IMG/VR virus record: IMGVR_UViG_2681813263_000005
Length of the DNA: 20,209 bases
Origin: a virus
Taxonomy: Duplodnaviria > Heunggongvirae > Uroviricota > Caudoviricetes
Strand: one strand, 5' to 3'
Below the pieces are notes generated by a model that saw nothing but the letters and a program-made list of their open reading frames with translations, was not told where the DNA came from and made no database searches. This document shows, piece after piece, positions 1 to 8,438 of the stretch (positions within the stretch are counted from its first letter, which is position 1; the number at the start of each line of letters is the position of its first letter). Position numbers and translations under genes: made by a program.

Positions 1-625
1 CATTTTTAAAACCAATCTTTGCCCAGTCAGTATTCCGAATCCAGGCGAGGATTGAGTCGTTTTCAAAAGTCAGTCCACCGGACAAGGTATCGCCTTCCTG
101 ATGAACATAGCGTTGATCTGACTGCTCTTTACTGTAAACCTGAAGATTATCCCGTGCCGTCCCTTTATTCTGAAGGTCTGACAGATTGTTCTTCTGCCGC
201 AGGAATATCCTTTTCGGATCCTCAAGAAGATTTACCCAGCCCGCACTGTCGGAGCCTTCAGGATCGGTCAGGTTATCGTCTGCGGTATTCAGCCAGACCG
301 CTGTTGTTGCGACTCCGGCGAGAATGGCTCCTTTTGCATATCCACCAATGGCCCCCGCAAAACCGGCATTATACGTGTACAAACCGCCAGCCTGGGCGAA
401 CCGTATTGCTGCGGTAATATCGTACATCAGACCGTTAAAATCCTTGCCGTGTGGCGGTATACCTCCCGCTGAGACCGCTGTCATGGTCACCGGAGGAAAA
501 CCTGAATCATACGCAGCATTACCGCTCTCTCTGGTCTGCTGCGTCGCCTTGTCCGGAATACTGTTTTTATCTCCGGCACTCGCAAAGGGGACCGCCAGCT
601 GGCGGGGGTTATCACTGGCCTTCAT
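1..625 (-). CDS. Tail fibre protein, N-terminal part (5' partial in window; gene continues past coordinate 1)
   Basis: Minus-strand ATG at 625..623 preceded by SD-like TAAAGGAGCCCCGTA. The frame stays open to the window edge (208 codons, hand-translated: [25 protein letters not shown]...[31 protein letters not shown]). It sits directly after the baseplate genes. The final block resembles a conserved segment I recall from enterobacterial phage tail fibres. Absent from the ORF track because there is no in-window stop. Confidence 0.55.
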   Translation of the reverse strand, partial: MKASDNPRQLAVPFASAGDKNSIPDKATQQTRESGNAAYDSGFPPVTMTAVSAGGIPPHGKDFNGLMYDITAAIRFAQAGGLYTYNAGFAGAIGGYAKGAILAGVATTAVWLNTADDNLTDPEGSDSAGWVNLLEDPKRIFLRQKNNLSDLQNKGTARDNLQVYSKEQSDQRYVHQEGDTLSGGLTFENDSILAWIRNTDWAKIGFKN

Positions 626-1217
626 TACGGGGCTCCTTTAAAACCACTGAAACATAAACACCCGGCGGGGATGGCAGTGCACCCGACGACTGGATAATCG
701 CCAGTTCTGCCAACGAGAGCGCGGACTCAAAGATGTAACTCATCCTCAGCCCACCATTATTCAGAACATAAGCCCGCCGTTTTTTTCCGAACATAAATCT
801 CAGCATCCGGTTAATATCCGGAACGGAACAGTCAGTAATGTTCGACATGGCTTTCATCAGTATCAGCCGCCGGTATACAGCATCAGACAGGTCAACAGTC
901 CGGGTATCCGATTTTCCGTTGTAAAACGGTGCCTGATTAAACGGACAGGGATCATCCATTACCGGGGTGTCCATCCTGGACTCGCTGAAGCCCAGGTAAT
1001 TAAAATCGTCCTTTACCGTCAGCCGGCGACTGACACCCACAATCTTCCCCCAGACATCAAGACCGTACTTTTCTGCGGTATCGATGTTCCAGATAAGACC
1101 ATAAAAATCACTGATAAAACTGTCGGGGGAAAGCGCTGCGTTAAAGCTGTTAATGAGGGCATTGAGTCGGGGGCTGGCAGCATACTGCGCAAGCACAGTG
1201 GCAGCCACATTCTGCAC
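612..1217 (-). CDS. Baseplate/tail protein, gpI-like (DUF2612-like), tentative
   Basis: 201-aa ORF from the track. Position between the baseplate J-like gene and the tail fibre gene, and size, match the gpI-type slot of contractile-tail baseplate modules. Its last codons overlap the tail fibre start. Confidence 0.4.
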   Translation of the reverse strand: MQNVAATVLAQYAASPRLNALINSFNAALSPDSFISDFYGLIWNIDTAEKYGLDVWGKIVGVSRRLTVKDDFNYLGFSESRMDTPVMDDPCPFNQAPFYNGKSDTRTVDLSDAVYRRLILMKAMSNITDCSVPDINRMLRFMFGKKRRAYVLNNGGLRMSYIFESALSLAELAIIQSSGALPSPPGVYVSVVLKEPRNEGQ

Positions 1218-1218
1218 G

Positions 1219-2460
1219 TTATGCCTCCTGGAGTTTCACACTGATATCCGACACATCCAGAACCGGAATCTCATCTATCCCGAAAGTGACAGCCGTTGTC
1301 CATGACGAACCGTCACGGCTCACAGTAAGGCCCAGAATATCAATATGTTCCGGATCGGTTTTGTAAATGCCGGCATAGTAGCGCCCGGCAGAGACAACAG
1401 AGGCAACTCTTGCCCGCAGACCACCATCTGTACCATTAAATGCGTCCAGCACGGATTGCTGTACCTGTCGGGTAATATCTGAAGGCAGGTAGTCACTTTT
1501 TTTCAGCGTCACACTGACATGCAGACTGACGGGTTTGAGTGTCTGCCAGCTGATCACGTATTCAGGATACGGCGGATCGTACTCCTTATCTGCAACAGTG
1601 AACGTTGTGTTGCCATTCATATCAATACCCGGCGGAGCCTTACGCCAGATGGCAGCCGCGATATCTGCCGGGCTGCCGCCGTACACGCCAACATACAGCG
1701 AACCGGGTGTTAATGGATACTGACTGACTCCGGCTTTTTGTTCTGTTTTTTTCGGATTATGGGTGACGTAAACATCCACCACGTTTTCTACCGTGGAGAG
1801 TATTTCACCCCGGATGGCTTCCAGAATATTCCGGGCATTACGGGCAACTGAATTACGTCGGCGGTTTTCAAAGTCCGCACGGGTTTCCTCATCGCTGCCC
1901 GGCACACCGGCACTGGCGTTAGTGACACCTGACCAGCCAGGTATTGCCTTATAAATTTTATTCAGCGTCCCCACAGGACAGCCGACGGGGCCGGTGGACA
2001 AATTCAGAAATACCGCATCAACCTGCCCTGATGCGCCGATAGTGACGTCTGACTGACTGACATACTTATAACCGGCCTCATCCTGCGCCATACTGCCCGC
2101 CGGGATCAGCGTGCCAACCAGCCCGGTACAGGTCGCTGTTACTGTCGTACCTGTGGCCCCGCGGCGCTCCAGGAAATAAATCCTGCCTATTGCATCCTGA
2201 AAGCGACCACTGGAAAAGTCAGGGTTGATCTGGTTAACGATATACAGCAACTGATCGTTTTTATCCGCAATAATGGCGCTTTCGCTGGATGCAAGTTGTC
2301 CCTGCGGACTGCTCAGACTGGTACTCATGGCCCCGCCCAGCGCCGCCGAAAAATCAGCAAGCCTGCCGCTCAGAATATCCGCTTCATCCGGCACATTCAG
2401 CCCGCTATCCGAAATCTGTACAGCGGGCACTGCGGTAGAAAAAGATTTATTTTCACTCAT
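1219..2460 (-). CDS. Baseplate J-like protein (baseplate wedge subunit)
   Basis: 413-aa ORF; size and position (after the W-like gene, before the gpI-like gene) are typical of the baseplate J family. Start overlaps the upstream stop (ATGA). Confidence 0.6.
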   Translation of the reverse strand: MSENKSFSTAVPAVQISDSGLNVPDEADILSGRLADFSAALGGAMSTSLSSPQGQLASSESAIIADKNDQLLYIVNQINPDFSSGRFQDAIGRIYFLERRGATGTTVTATCTGLVGTLIPAGSMAQDEAGYKYVSQSDVTIGASGQVDAVFLNLSTGPVGCPVGTLNKIYKAIPGWSGVTNASAGVPGSDEETRADFENRRRNSVARNARNILEAIRGEILSTVENVVDVYVTHNPKKTEQKAGVSQYPLTPGSLYVGVYGGSPADIAAAIWRKAPPGIDMNGNTTFTVADKEYDPPYPEYVISWQTLKPVSLHVSVTLKKSDYLPSDITRQVQQSVLDAFNGTDGGLRARVASVVSAGRYYAGIYKTDPEHIDILGLTVSRDGSSWTTAVTFGIDEIPVLDVSDISVKLQEA

Positions 2461-2813
2461 AGCAGTACCGTAAAAATGTCATTATTGGTATCTGTAATAC
2501 GCAGCACACCTGTTACTGTCCGGGTTTGATCAGCTGTGACCTGGCAGACAGCGGCGCTCACAGTCGGCAGTTTAAGTGCTTCCTGTTGCAGAGAGGCATT
2601 CACCAGTTGTGTGCCGGGCCAGTGTCCGAGGATGCGTGGCCAGTAAGGTATGCCAGCCGTTGAGTCGTACCAGCACTCCCCCAGAAAAGTACTGCACGCA
2701 CACGCCACATCCTGAGCTACCGCATGGGGATTATCAGTAATGGCAAGATTTCCGGTATCATCAAGCAGGATATCCCATGTCCCGGTGTCAAGAAGAAGTG
2801 ATCGTGACTGCAT
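2457..2813 (-). CDS. Baseplate protein, gpW/gp25-like, tentative
   Basis: 118-aa ORF directly between the spike gene and the J-like gene, the canonical slot and size of gpW-type baseplate proteins. Confidence 0.4.
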   Translation of the reverse strand: MQSRSLLLDTGTWDILLDDTGNLAITDNPHAVAQDVACACSTFLGECWYDSTAGIPYWPRILGHWPGTQLVNASLQQEALKLPTVSAAVCQVTADQTRTVTGVLRITDTNNDIFTVLL

Positions 2814-2825
2814 GTTTTCTCCTGT

Positions 2826-3503
2826 TTACCGGGGTCCCTGCGTGGTTGAGCCGCCGGACTCAACGCCGCCGTGAACGTGGTTTCCAAAATCAATACCCCC
2901 GATGTTCGAACCGCCGGAAAGCCTGGACTGCCCGGTAACGTTAAGCCCCTTACTGACGGCGGTATCGCCGTTCAGCGCAATTTGTGGTGAGTTAACGGTG
3001 AAGCTTTTCGGCGCATTAATCACACCCTCAGGCGCGGATATCTCCACTTTCCAGGGAGATACAATCCGCATCTGGTTGTCATCAAATACCACAAACTGGA
3101 CGGGATCACCGTTGAGCACGCCACCCAGCCAGATGGCATCAGCATAATTATGGGTACGCTTTGATCCCGGCATCGCAGCCTGACGCGTGGCTTTTACCGC
3201 ACTGATATCCCGATCGCAGATGGCAAGAAAACCGATATCCCCCACATGTGGCGGCATAATCACCGCATTACCGCCCCCCTGTAGTCGCCATACGGGAATG
3301 TTATAAATCACCTCATGTTCAACCGGGGAACCGTCTGCTGCAACGCCCATTACCATCGGTCGGGCCTCAATAAATCCCTCTTCCACGGCTACCACCCGTC
3401 CCAGAGTGATAAACGCATGACGTCCGAGAAACTGCCGCAGCATAAAGTCCTGTGCATTGATTTCGCTGTTCACGTCTGTCGGGTTACTGAGTGGTTGTGC
3501 CAT
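2826..3503 (-). CDS. Baseplate central spike protein (gpV-like) with C-terminal HxH motif
   Basis: 225-aa ORF; Gly-rich C-terminus ...GGIDFGNHVHGGVESGG containing an HxH motif as in the spike apex of P2 gpV and T4 gp5. Start may instead be the internal Met at 3443, since 3503 overlaps the upstream gene by 20 nt. Confidence 0.5.
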   Translation of the reverse strand: MAQPLSNPTDVNSEINAQDFMLRQFLGRHAFITLGRVVAVEEGFIEARPMVMGVAADGSPVEHEVIYNIPVWRLQGGGNAVIMPPHVGDIGFLAICDRDISAVKATRQAAMPGSKRTHNYADAIWLGGVLNGDPVQFVVFDDNQMRIVSPWKVEISAPEGVINAPKSFTVNSPQIALNGDTAVSKGLNVTGQSRLSGGSNIGGIDFGNHVHGGVESGGSTTQGPR

Positions 3504-4353
3504 TTTCTTCAGCCCTCATCATGGTACAGTTGGAACTCCACGGACCGCCCACGGTTCGCGAAGTAATGGTGTGTATCACCCCAGTGATCGTATAATCGCC
3601 CGTCATATCAGGCAGTGACGATTCCAGATGCGCTGGCCTGCCAGTAAAGAGATCGGGGCAGAATATCGTGGTGGCGCTGAGTCCGGTCATGGTGTAAACC
3701 GGATAGCCAGTCAGTCCGTGATCCGGCGAAATCAGTACCGGCGGAATATTCCGGTTCTGCCCTTTCGGCCAGATGGTGACTTTCTCCACATTCCCCAGAT
3801 CAATGTTAATATCGGCGGCTGAAGCGACATCCAGCATTTGTTGTACAACATTACCGGAAAAATGCGGGTCAGACAGACTGCGGCTGACCCCCTGGTTTTC
3901 AAATCCAAGCCCGACAGTTGACGCCAGCGCACGGATAATATCTGCAACCGCAACATCGCCCTTTGCGCTGAAATCTGCCGCCGGCTGATTACGCAGATTA
4001 AAATGAATCTGTCCTGTCAGAATGAGCGGAATATCCGGTGCCTGGTTGTAGTCGGCGTATGCATCAGTAATATCACCTTCAAAAATAAGCCGCCCGTCGG
4101 CCCACAGCCGCATTTTATTTGCGGTACTCTGCTCCTGTCGCCACACACCGCGCCAGCTTAAATTCGTCATATGCGCCGGTGACATTCCCCAGATATACAG
4201 CGTGATTTGTGTACCAGCCACCCCTCCATATACGGCAATACTGGCAAAACAGCTTGCGTCGGTAATGGTCAGCATATTGCCCTGGCCATTACCAAACGTT
4301 CGTCCGTCTGAAAGAGTGAACTCCACCGTTATTTTACGTTGTCTGTAGCTCAT
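3484..4353 (-). CDS. Putative baseplate hub protein
   Basis: 289-aa ORF immediately upstream of the spike gene; ATGA overlap with the preceding gene. Assignment by synteny only. Confidence 0.35.
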   Translation of the reverse strand: MSYRQRKITVEFTLSDGRTFGNGQGNMLTITDASCFASIAVYGGVAGTQITLYIWGMSPAHMTNLSWRGVWRQEQSTANKMRLWADGRLIFEGDITDAYADYNQAPDIPLILTGQIHFNLRNQPAADFSAKGDVAVADIIRALASTVGLGFENQGVSRSLSDPHFSGNVVQQMLDVASAADINIDLGNVEKVTIWPKGQNRNIPPVLISPDHGLTGYPVYTMTGLSATTIFCPDLFTGRPAHLESSLPDMTGDYTITGVIHTITSRTVGGPWSSNCTMMRAEENGTTTQ

Positions 4354-4652
4354 ATCAGTTCCTCAGGTAACAGCCAGTAGAGCCGGTACCGGGATCCGAG
4401 CCCCCGCCAGTCAGGGTCACTATTCCCCTCCGTGTCGGTAAAAAACAGGTCCCCCTGAAACGGCAGGTATCCGTACCGGACAATCCGGTTATTATTCAGA
4501 CACAGCACGCCATACAGGCACGGTTCACCATTAACAATGATATCGATATACATCCCCGTAGTACGCTGATTCAGGCGAATGGTGCAGACCTGAGCGCCCA
4601 GTGTCACCGTAAACTGCTGGGCTTTAACGGGAGATAAAACAATTTCCAGCAT
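4350..4652 (-). CDS. Hypothetical tail/baseplate-associated protein
   Basis: 100-aa ORF, translationally coupled on both sides (1-nt and 4-nt overlaps), between the tape measure gene and baseplate genes. No recognisable motif. Confidence 0.3.
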   Translation of the reverse strand: MLEIVLSPVKAQQFTVTLGAQVCTIRLNQRTTGMYIDIIVNGEPCLYGVLCLNNNRIVRYGYLPFQGDLFFTDTEGNSDPDWRGLGSRYRLYWLLPEELI

Positions 4653-5362
4653 CAGGTGATCCCCCTGTTCGTGGCGCTTCGTCTGTCAGCGTCTGACGGT
4701 TGTGTCACCGACGCCGTAACTGGCTGCGTTTTAACCGATGCGGCCCCTTTTGCTTTATCGTTGTCCGTGGGAGACGACTTATCCGTACTTCCCACTGACA
4801 CCTCTCCTGTATTCATTACGGTCTGAAATACCGCAGTAACCGTCAGTAAGGTCGGACCATTATTACTTCGCATTCGGTAGTCATATTTCACAAGGTCGCA
4901 GGATGTCCATGTCTTGTCCGGCGTCTCAATATCGTAGAGTCCTGCCGTGGTACGCATCCTTTCAAGCGTTTCCAGCACATTCGTCCGCGAGGTGGTGGAA
5001 AAATTTGTCAGGTTCGGGACGGATCCGGAAAAGGCCGTCCACCCCTCTACAGTGAAAGTCACATGCAGTTCCGGCGATCTCTGGATTTTATTAAAGGTGG
5101 TATAAGCCCCCTGCTCCACGGGGACGGTGGAAACAGAAGCCTCCGCGCCCACCTCAACGACAACAAAAGAATCCGGGGAGAAAGGTTTGCCACCCTTCTG
5201 ATGGGCACCTGCCGGATCATTCCGTGCGTAATAAATACCGAATGACGGTGCCAGTACACTGTTAATGAGTCCCAGGACACCGCCGCCACGAACTGCACTC
5301 AGTACGTTACTTTCACTGAGCGAAAAGTTATTCAGGGAAATATTATCGAAAGAAAAACTCAT
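4652..5362 (-). CDS. Hypothetical tail protein (post-tape-measure slot)
   Basis: 236-aa ORF whose ATG overlaps the tape measure stop (ATGA); Ser/Thr-rich C-terminus. Function by position only. Confidence 0.3.
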   Translation of the reverse strand: MSFSFDNISLNNFSLSESNVLSAVRGGGVLGLINSVLAPSFGIYYARNDPAGAHQKGGKPFSPDSFVVVEVGAEASVSTVPVEQGAYTTFNKIQRSPELHVTFTVEGWTAFSGSVPNLTNFSTTSRTNVLETLERMRTTAGLYDIETPDKTWTSCDLVKYDYRMRSNNGPTLLTVTAVFQTVMNTGEVSVGSTDKSSPTDNDKAKGAASVKTQPVTASVTQPSDADRRSATNRGIT

Positions 5363-7380
5363 CCTGTTACCCCGCTGGAATAAACCGACACGAGCGCCGA
5401 ATTCGTGATACGCCGACGTGCGTCATCGGTAATACCCTTCACATTGTCCGACGTTGTGGTGACATTCAGTGTCCCGATATGCGTGGTTTCCGTTACGGTG
5501 GACTGCCATACAGGCGCAGGATGGCGCGACCGTATGGCCATTGCCGCACCCGGATAAGGCAGGTTCGCCAGCACCCGCGGAATATAGTTGCGGGTCTCCT
5601 CCGGAGCAGCAGCCAGTCCCTTACGCTGAACATTTCCCTCTCCCCAGTTATATGCCGCCAGAGCCTTAGCCAGATCGCCATGAAAAAAACGTATCAGGCC
5701 ACCAAGTTTTCTCGCGGCGGCATCAGCGGCTTTTTCGGGATCAAAGGCATCGTTCCCCCTCAGACCAAATTCCCTGGCCGTCTTCGGCATGAACTGAAAC
5801 AGTCCCATCGCACCAGCAGGTGAGACGGCAAACTGATTACCACGGGATTCGGTGATCGCAACGCTGCGCAGCAGTCCGGGCGGCAGGTTATATTTTTCCT
5901 CCAGTTGAGACAGTTTCGGTTGCAGCCAGCCTAACAGGGCTTCCCCGGTCTTCGTCGGTCGCTGGCGGTTTTGCATGGCATTACCGAGTTTTTCCTGCGT
6001 CGCACGCATACCCTGTAGCCAGGATTCACCGAAGGCTGCTTCCCTCCCGGTTGCCTGAGAAGCCTGAGTATCCAGCATGCCCTGCTGCCATACTGTGGGT
6101 GATTGTGCCCGGGTGATGTTGCCAGGCTTTTCTCCGGCATCCAGTTTTGTCTGATACGTCTCCATCTCTTTCTTATTGAAAAAGAAAGTCCCGTCTGAAG
6201 CCCAGAAAAAACCATGTGAATCCAGCCAGTCCTTATTTTCCCTGCCAACAATGGATGTCAGTAATCCGTCAACAACCGGGTAAAGCGCCGTTATCGCAAA
6301 AAGAAGGCCTCCGGGGCCACTGAGGGCTTTTGTCAGCCCCCGCACCCATGACGCCACTTTCAGCCCGATCAGCGTAATAATGACATTCTGCCAGCCCCCC
6401 AGTTCTCCGGCAGCCTTATTCGCCAGGGAGGCCACTGACTCAACGTCATTCAGAAATGTGGTGATAAACCTGTTCACTTCCTCCGGATGTTGCTGCATCC
6501 AGTCACCGAGTGTCTCCAGCCAGTGGCTGAGCTTCAGCGCGTACGGCATCAACGCGGTGCTAATCGTCATCCCGATGCCGGACCAGGTCTGATCGAGCTC
6601 AACAAGCTCTTTTCGTAGCTTACGGGCCAGCGCTATACGCCCCGGCGTAACCTGCGAACGGGAAGTAAATTCGTCCACATCTTTCAGCGCATGACCGGAG
6701 CCAAGAAACTGCTGTCCGGCATAACTGAAGCCCAGCGCGTTGCCGTAGGCAGTTTGTTCGGACTTTGTCAGTCGCGGAAAAATAACCGCCAGCTTGCGCA
6801 TGATGGCTTCAGTGCTGTCAGTATTTAAATCAACACTAATGCCCGCCCTGGCTGCAACCTGAAACAAATCCTGTAACACAGGATCAAAGGACCTTCCGGC
6901 TCTGAAGGCCGCTTTTGCATTTGCAAGCCGGGAAAATGCCCCAGACATTTCCCCTTCATCAACATTATTTGCCCGCGCAGCCCGTAACCATCCGTCCAGA
7001 TTTCTGGCCTTCATGCCAAAAGCATCAGATTCCACGGACAGACGGTTCAGATCACGGGCAAAACCTGTTACCAGGTTCTTCAGCCCCCCCAGCGTCAGAC
7101 TGACACCCGCAAGAGCCAGAATCTCGCTACGGATCCCTGAAAAAAAACGGGACGCCCGTTTCCCGGCATCTTCCATTCGACGGGCCGTTTTATCAGCATC
7201 TTTTCCGGTTTTTTCCAGTGATTCACTGGTTTTCTTCTGTCCCTGACTGAATGTGTCAGCGACACCTTCCATCACCGTCGTGAGCCGGTTAAGGGCAGCA
7301 TGTACTGCCTGTTCCCCGGCAGTAAAGTCCCTGTCATCAATCCCGAGGGACAGAACAAGCTCATCAAGTACCTGCGCCAT
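5359..7380 (-). CDS. Tail tape measure protein with C-terminal lytic transglycosylase (SLT) domain
   Basis: 673-aa ORF following the sheath-tube-chaperone genes. N-terminal region is rich in charged residues and Ala (helix-like composition); hydrophobic segment around residues 330-380. C-terminal block ...AITESRGNQFAVSPAGAMGLFQFMPKTA...AYNWGEGNV matches the SLT catalytic region, with the probable catalytic Glu in TES. SD AGGAG lies 8 nt upstream of the ATG. Confidence 0.8.
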   Translation of the reverse strand: MAQVLDELVLSLGIDDRDFTAGEQAVHAALNRLTTVMEGVADTFSQGQKKTSESLEKTGKDADKTARRMEDAGKRASRFFSGIRSEILALAGVSLTLGGLKNLVTGFARDLNRLSVESDAFGMKARNLDGWLRAARANNVDEGEMSGAFSRLANAKAAFRAGRSFDPVLQDLFQVAARAGISVDLNTDSTEAIMRKLAVIFPRLTKSEQTAYGNALGFSYAGQQFLGSGHALKDVDEFTSRSQVTPGRIALARKLRKELVELDQTWSGIGMTISTALMPYALKLSHWLETLGDWMQQHPEEVNRFITTFLNDVESVASLANKAAGELGGWQNVIITLIGLKVASWVRGLTKALSGPGGLLFAITALYPVVDGLLTSIVGRENKDWLDSHGFFWASDGTFFFNKKEMETYQTKLDAGEKPGNITRAQSPTVWQQGMLDTQASQATGREAAFGESWLQGMRATQEKLGNAMQNRQRPTKTGEALLGWLQPKLSQLEEKYNLPPGLLRSVAITESRGNQFAVSPAGAMGLFQFMPKTAREFGLRGNDAFDPEKAADAAARKLGGLIRFFHGDLAKALAAYNWGEGNVQRKGLAAAPEETRNYIPRVLANLPYPGAAMAIRSRHPAPVWQSTVTETTHIGTLNVTTTSDNVKGITDDARRRITNSALVSVYSSGVTG

Positions 7381-7992
7381 TTCTGTTCTCCTGTATCACC
7401 TGTTCGTTATGGGCATCCACATGAATTATTTCCAGCAGATCCCATAAGTCCTGCACACCAAGGACAGAATCCAGTTCAGCTTTTGAAGCCTTACCGGAGG
7501 AGATAACGGTCGCAATGGTACGGGGAACATTAACGTAATCCACCACCCCGAACGGTCTGTCGGGGTCGAGATAACGCGGGGGGATATCTAGCTGACGACG
7601 GTAGCGAAAAAATCCACATGCAGCTTAAAGACCTCCGCACGCAGATTAAGACGGGTAATGATTTCTTCAATATCCTCTTCAACAAGCGGTCTCCGGATGC
7701 TGCGTTTTTTCGGATCGGGAACAAACTGCACACAGTCCATCATTTCATCCATCAACGGACGCGCCTCATCAGGCGGAATTTTCGATAATGCTTTCAGCCC
7801 TTCAAGGGCAAGCGCAGCCATCCCCAGACTACGAACATCATCCGGTAACTCCACGCCACCACGCCCCATTGCCATAATGGCACGCATCGCCCACCATTCC
7901 GCCTGTGAGGCAGACATTTCGGTAAGATGAAATACCTTGCCCTTATCCCGTCCCTGACCTTCAATAGTGATAAATTTCTCTTTACGGGCCAT
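7364..7992 (-). CDS. Tail assembly chaperone, predicted -1 frameshift fusion product
   Basis: Hand translation: the -1 frame is open from the slippery site T_TTT_TTC (7612..7606) through the in-frame stop down to a stop at 7364, adding about 82 aa (FRYRRQLDIPPRYLDPDRPFGVVDYVNVPRT...). Same arrangement as lambda G/GT and P2 E/E'. Confidence 0.45.
7588..7992 (-). CDS. Tail assembly chaperone (short, in-frame product)
   Basis: 134-aa ORF between the tail tube and tape measure genes. Ends ...HVDFFATVVS with TAG at 7590..7588. Contains a slippery heptamer near its 3' end. Confidence 0.6.
   Translation of the reverse strand: MARKEKFITIEGQGRDKGKVFHLTEMSASQAEWWAMRAIMAMGRGGVELPDDVRSLGMAALALEGLKALSKIPPDEARPLMDEMMDCVQFVPDPKKRSIRRPLVEEDIEEIITRLNLRAEVFKLHVDFFATVVS
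7606..7612 (-). promoter_or_regulatory. Candidate -1 programmed ribosomal frameshift slippery heptamer (U UUU UUC)
   Basis: Minus-strand sequence GAT TTT TTC encodes D-F-F of the chaperone; the heptamer fits the X_XXY_YYZ rule and the -1 frame continues open past the zero-frame stop. Confidence 0.45.
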
Positions 7993-8438
7993 CAGTTAAA
8001 AACCTCCGGAGTAATGGTTTCCCACTCAATAACCGCCTGCCCTGGCTGCAACGTACGAGCTGCATCAGGCAGCGCTTTCCATTGTTTGAGTACGCCATTC
8101 ACGCAGGTATATTTACGGCCAATCGCCGGAAGCAGGACGACAGCGTTACAACGGAATACAGCCCGACTGGCCCGGGATGTGGTTGACCAGGTATCAAAAA
8201 TATCCCGGCTGGGGGAATCCGGCATGATATGAAACGTCTGGATAATGTTGCTGTACACAAATCCCGCGGACAGTTTACCGTCAATACCGCGGGCAGTTTC
8301 CGCCAGTACCAGTGGATCGGTGCCATAAACGTTATCTGTTGCAAATCCCTGAAGTCGTACGCCGGAGGGATACAGATTATTCACTGTCAGCGTGATAATG
8401 GCATCCGCCGCAGTGATGGTGTTGTTGTTACCCGACAT
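7992..8438 (-). CDS. Tail tube protein
   Basis: 148-aa ORF immediately downstream of the sheath gene and upstream of the chaperone, the canonical tube position and size. Confidence 0.6.
   Translation of the reverse strand: MSGNNNTITAADAIITLTVNNLYPSGVRLQGFATDNVYGTDPLVLAETARGIDGKLSAGFVYSNIIQTFHIMPDSPSRDIFDTWSTTSRASRAVFRCNAVVLLPAIGRKYTCVNGVLKQWKALPDAARTLQPGQAVIEWETITPEVFN

Noticed and set aside
186-641. 151-aa plus-strand ORF (and 19..417) at the left edge
   Set aside because: Antisense to the minus-strand tail fibre reading frame, which has a proper SD/ATG at 625 and a recognisable fibre motif.
7546-7565. GC-rich hairpin CCCCGA-N8-TCGGGG downstream of the slippery site, considered as a frameshift-stimulating structure
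   Set aside because: It lies about 40 nt downstream of the heptamer, far beyond the usual 5-9 nt spacer, so a stimulatory role is not supported; the G/GT-type shift does not require one.
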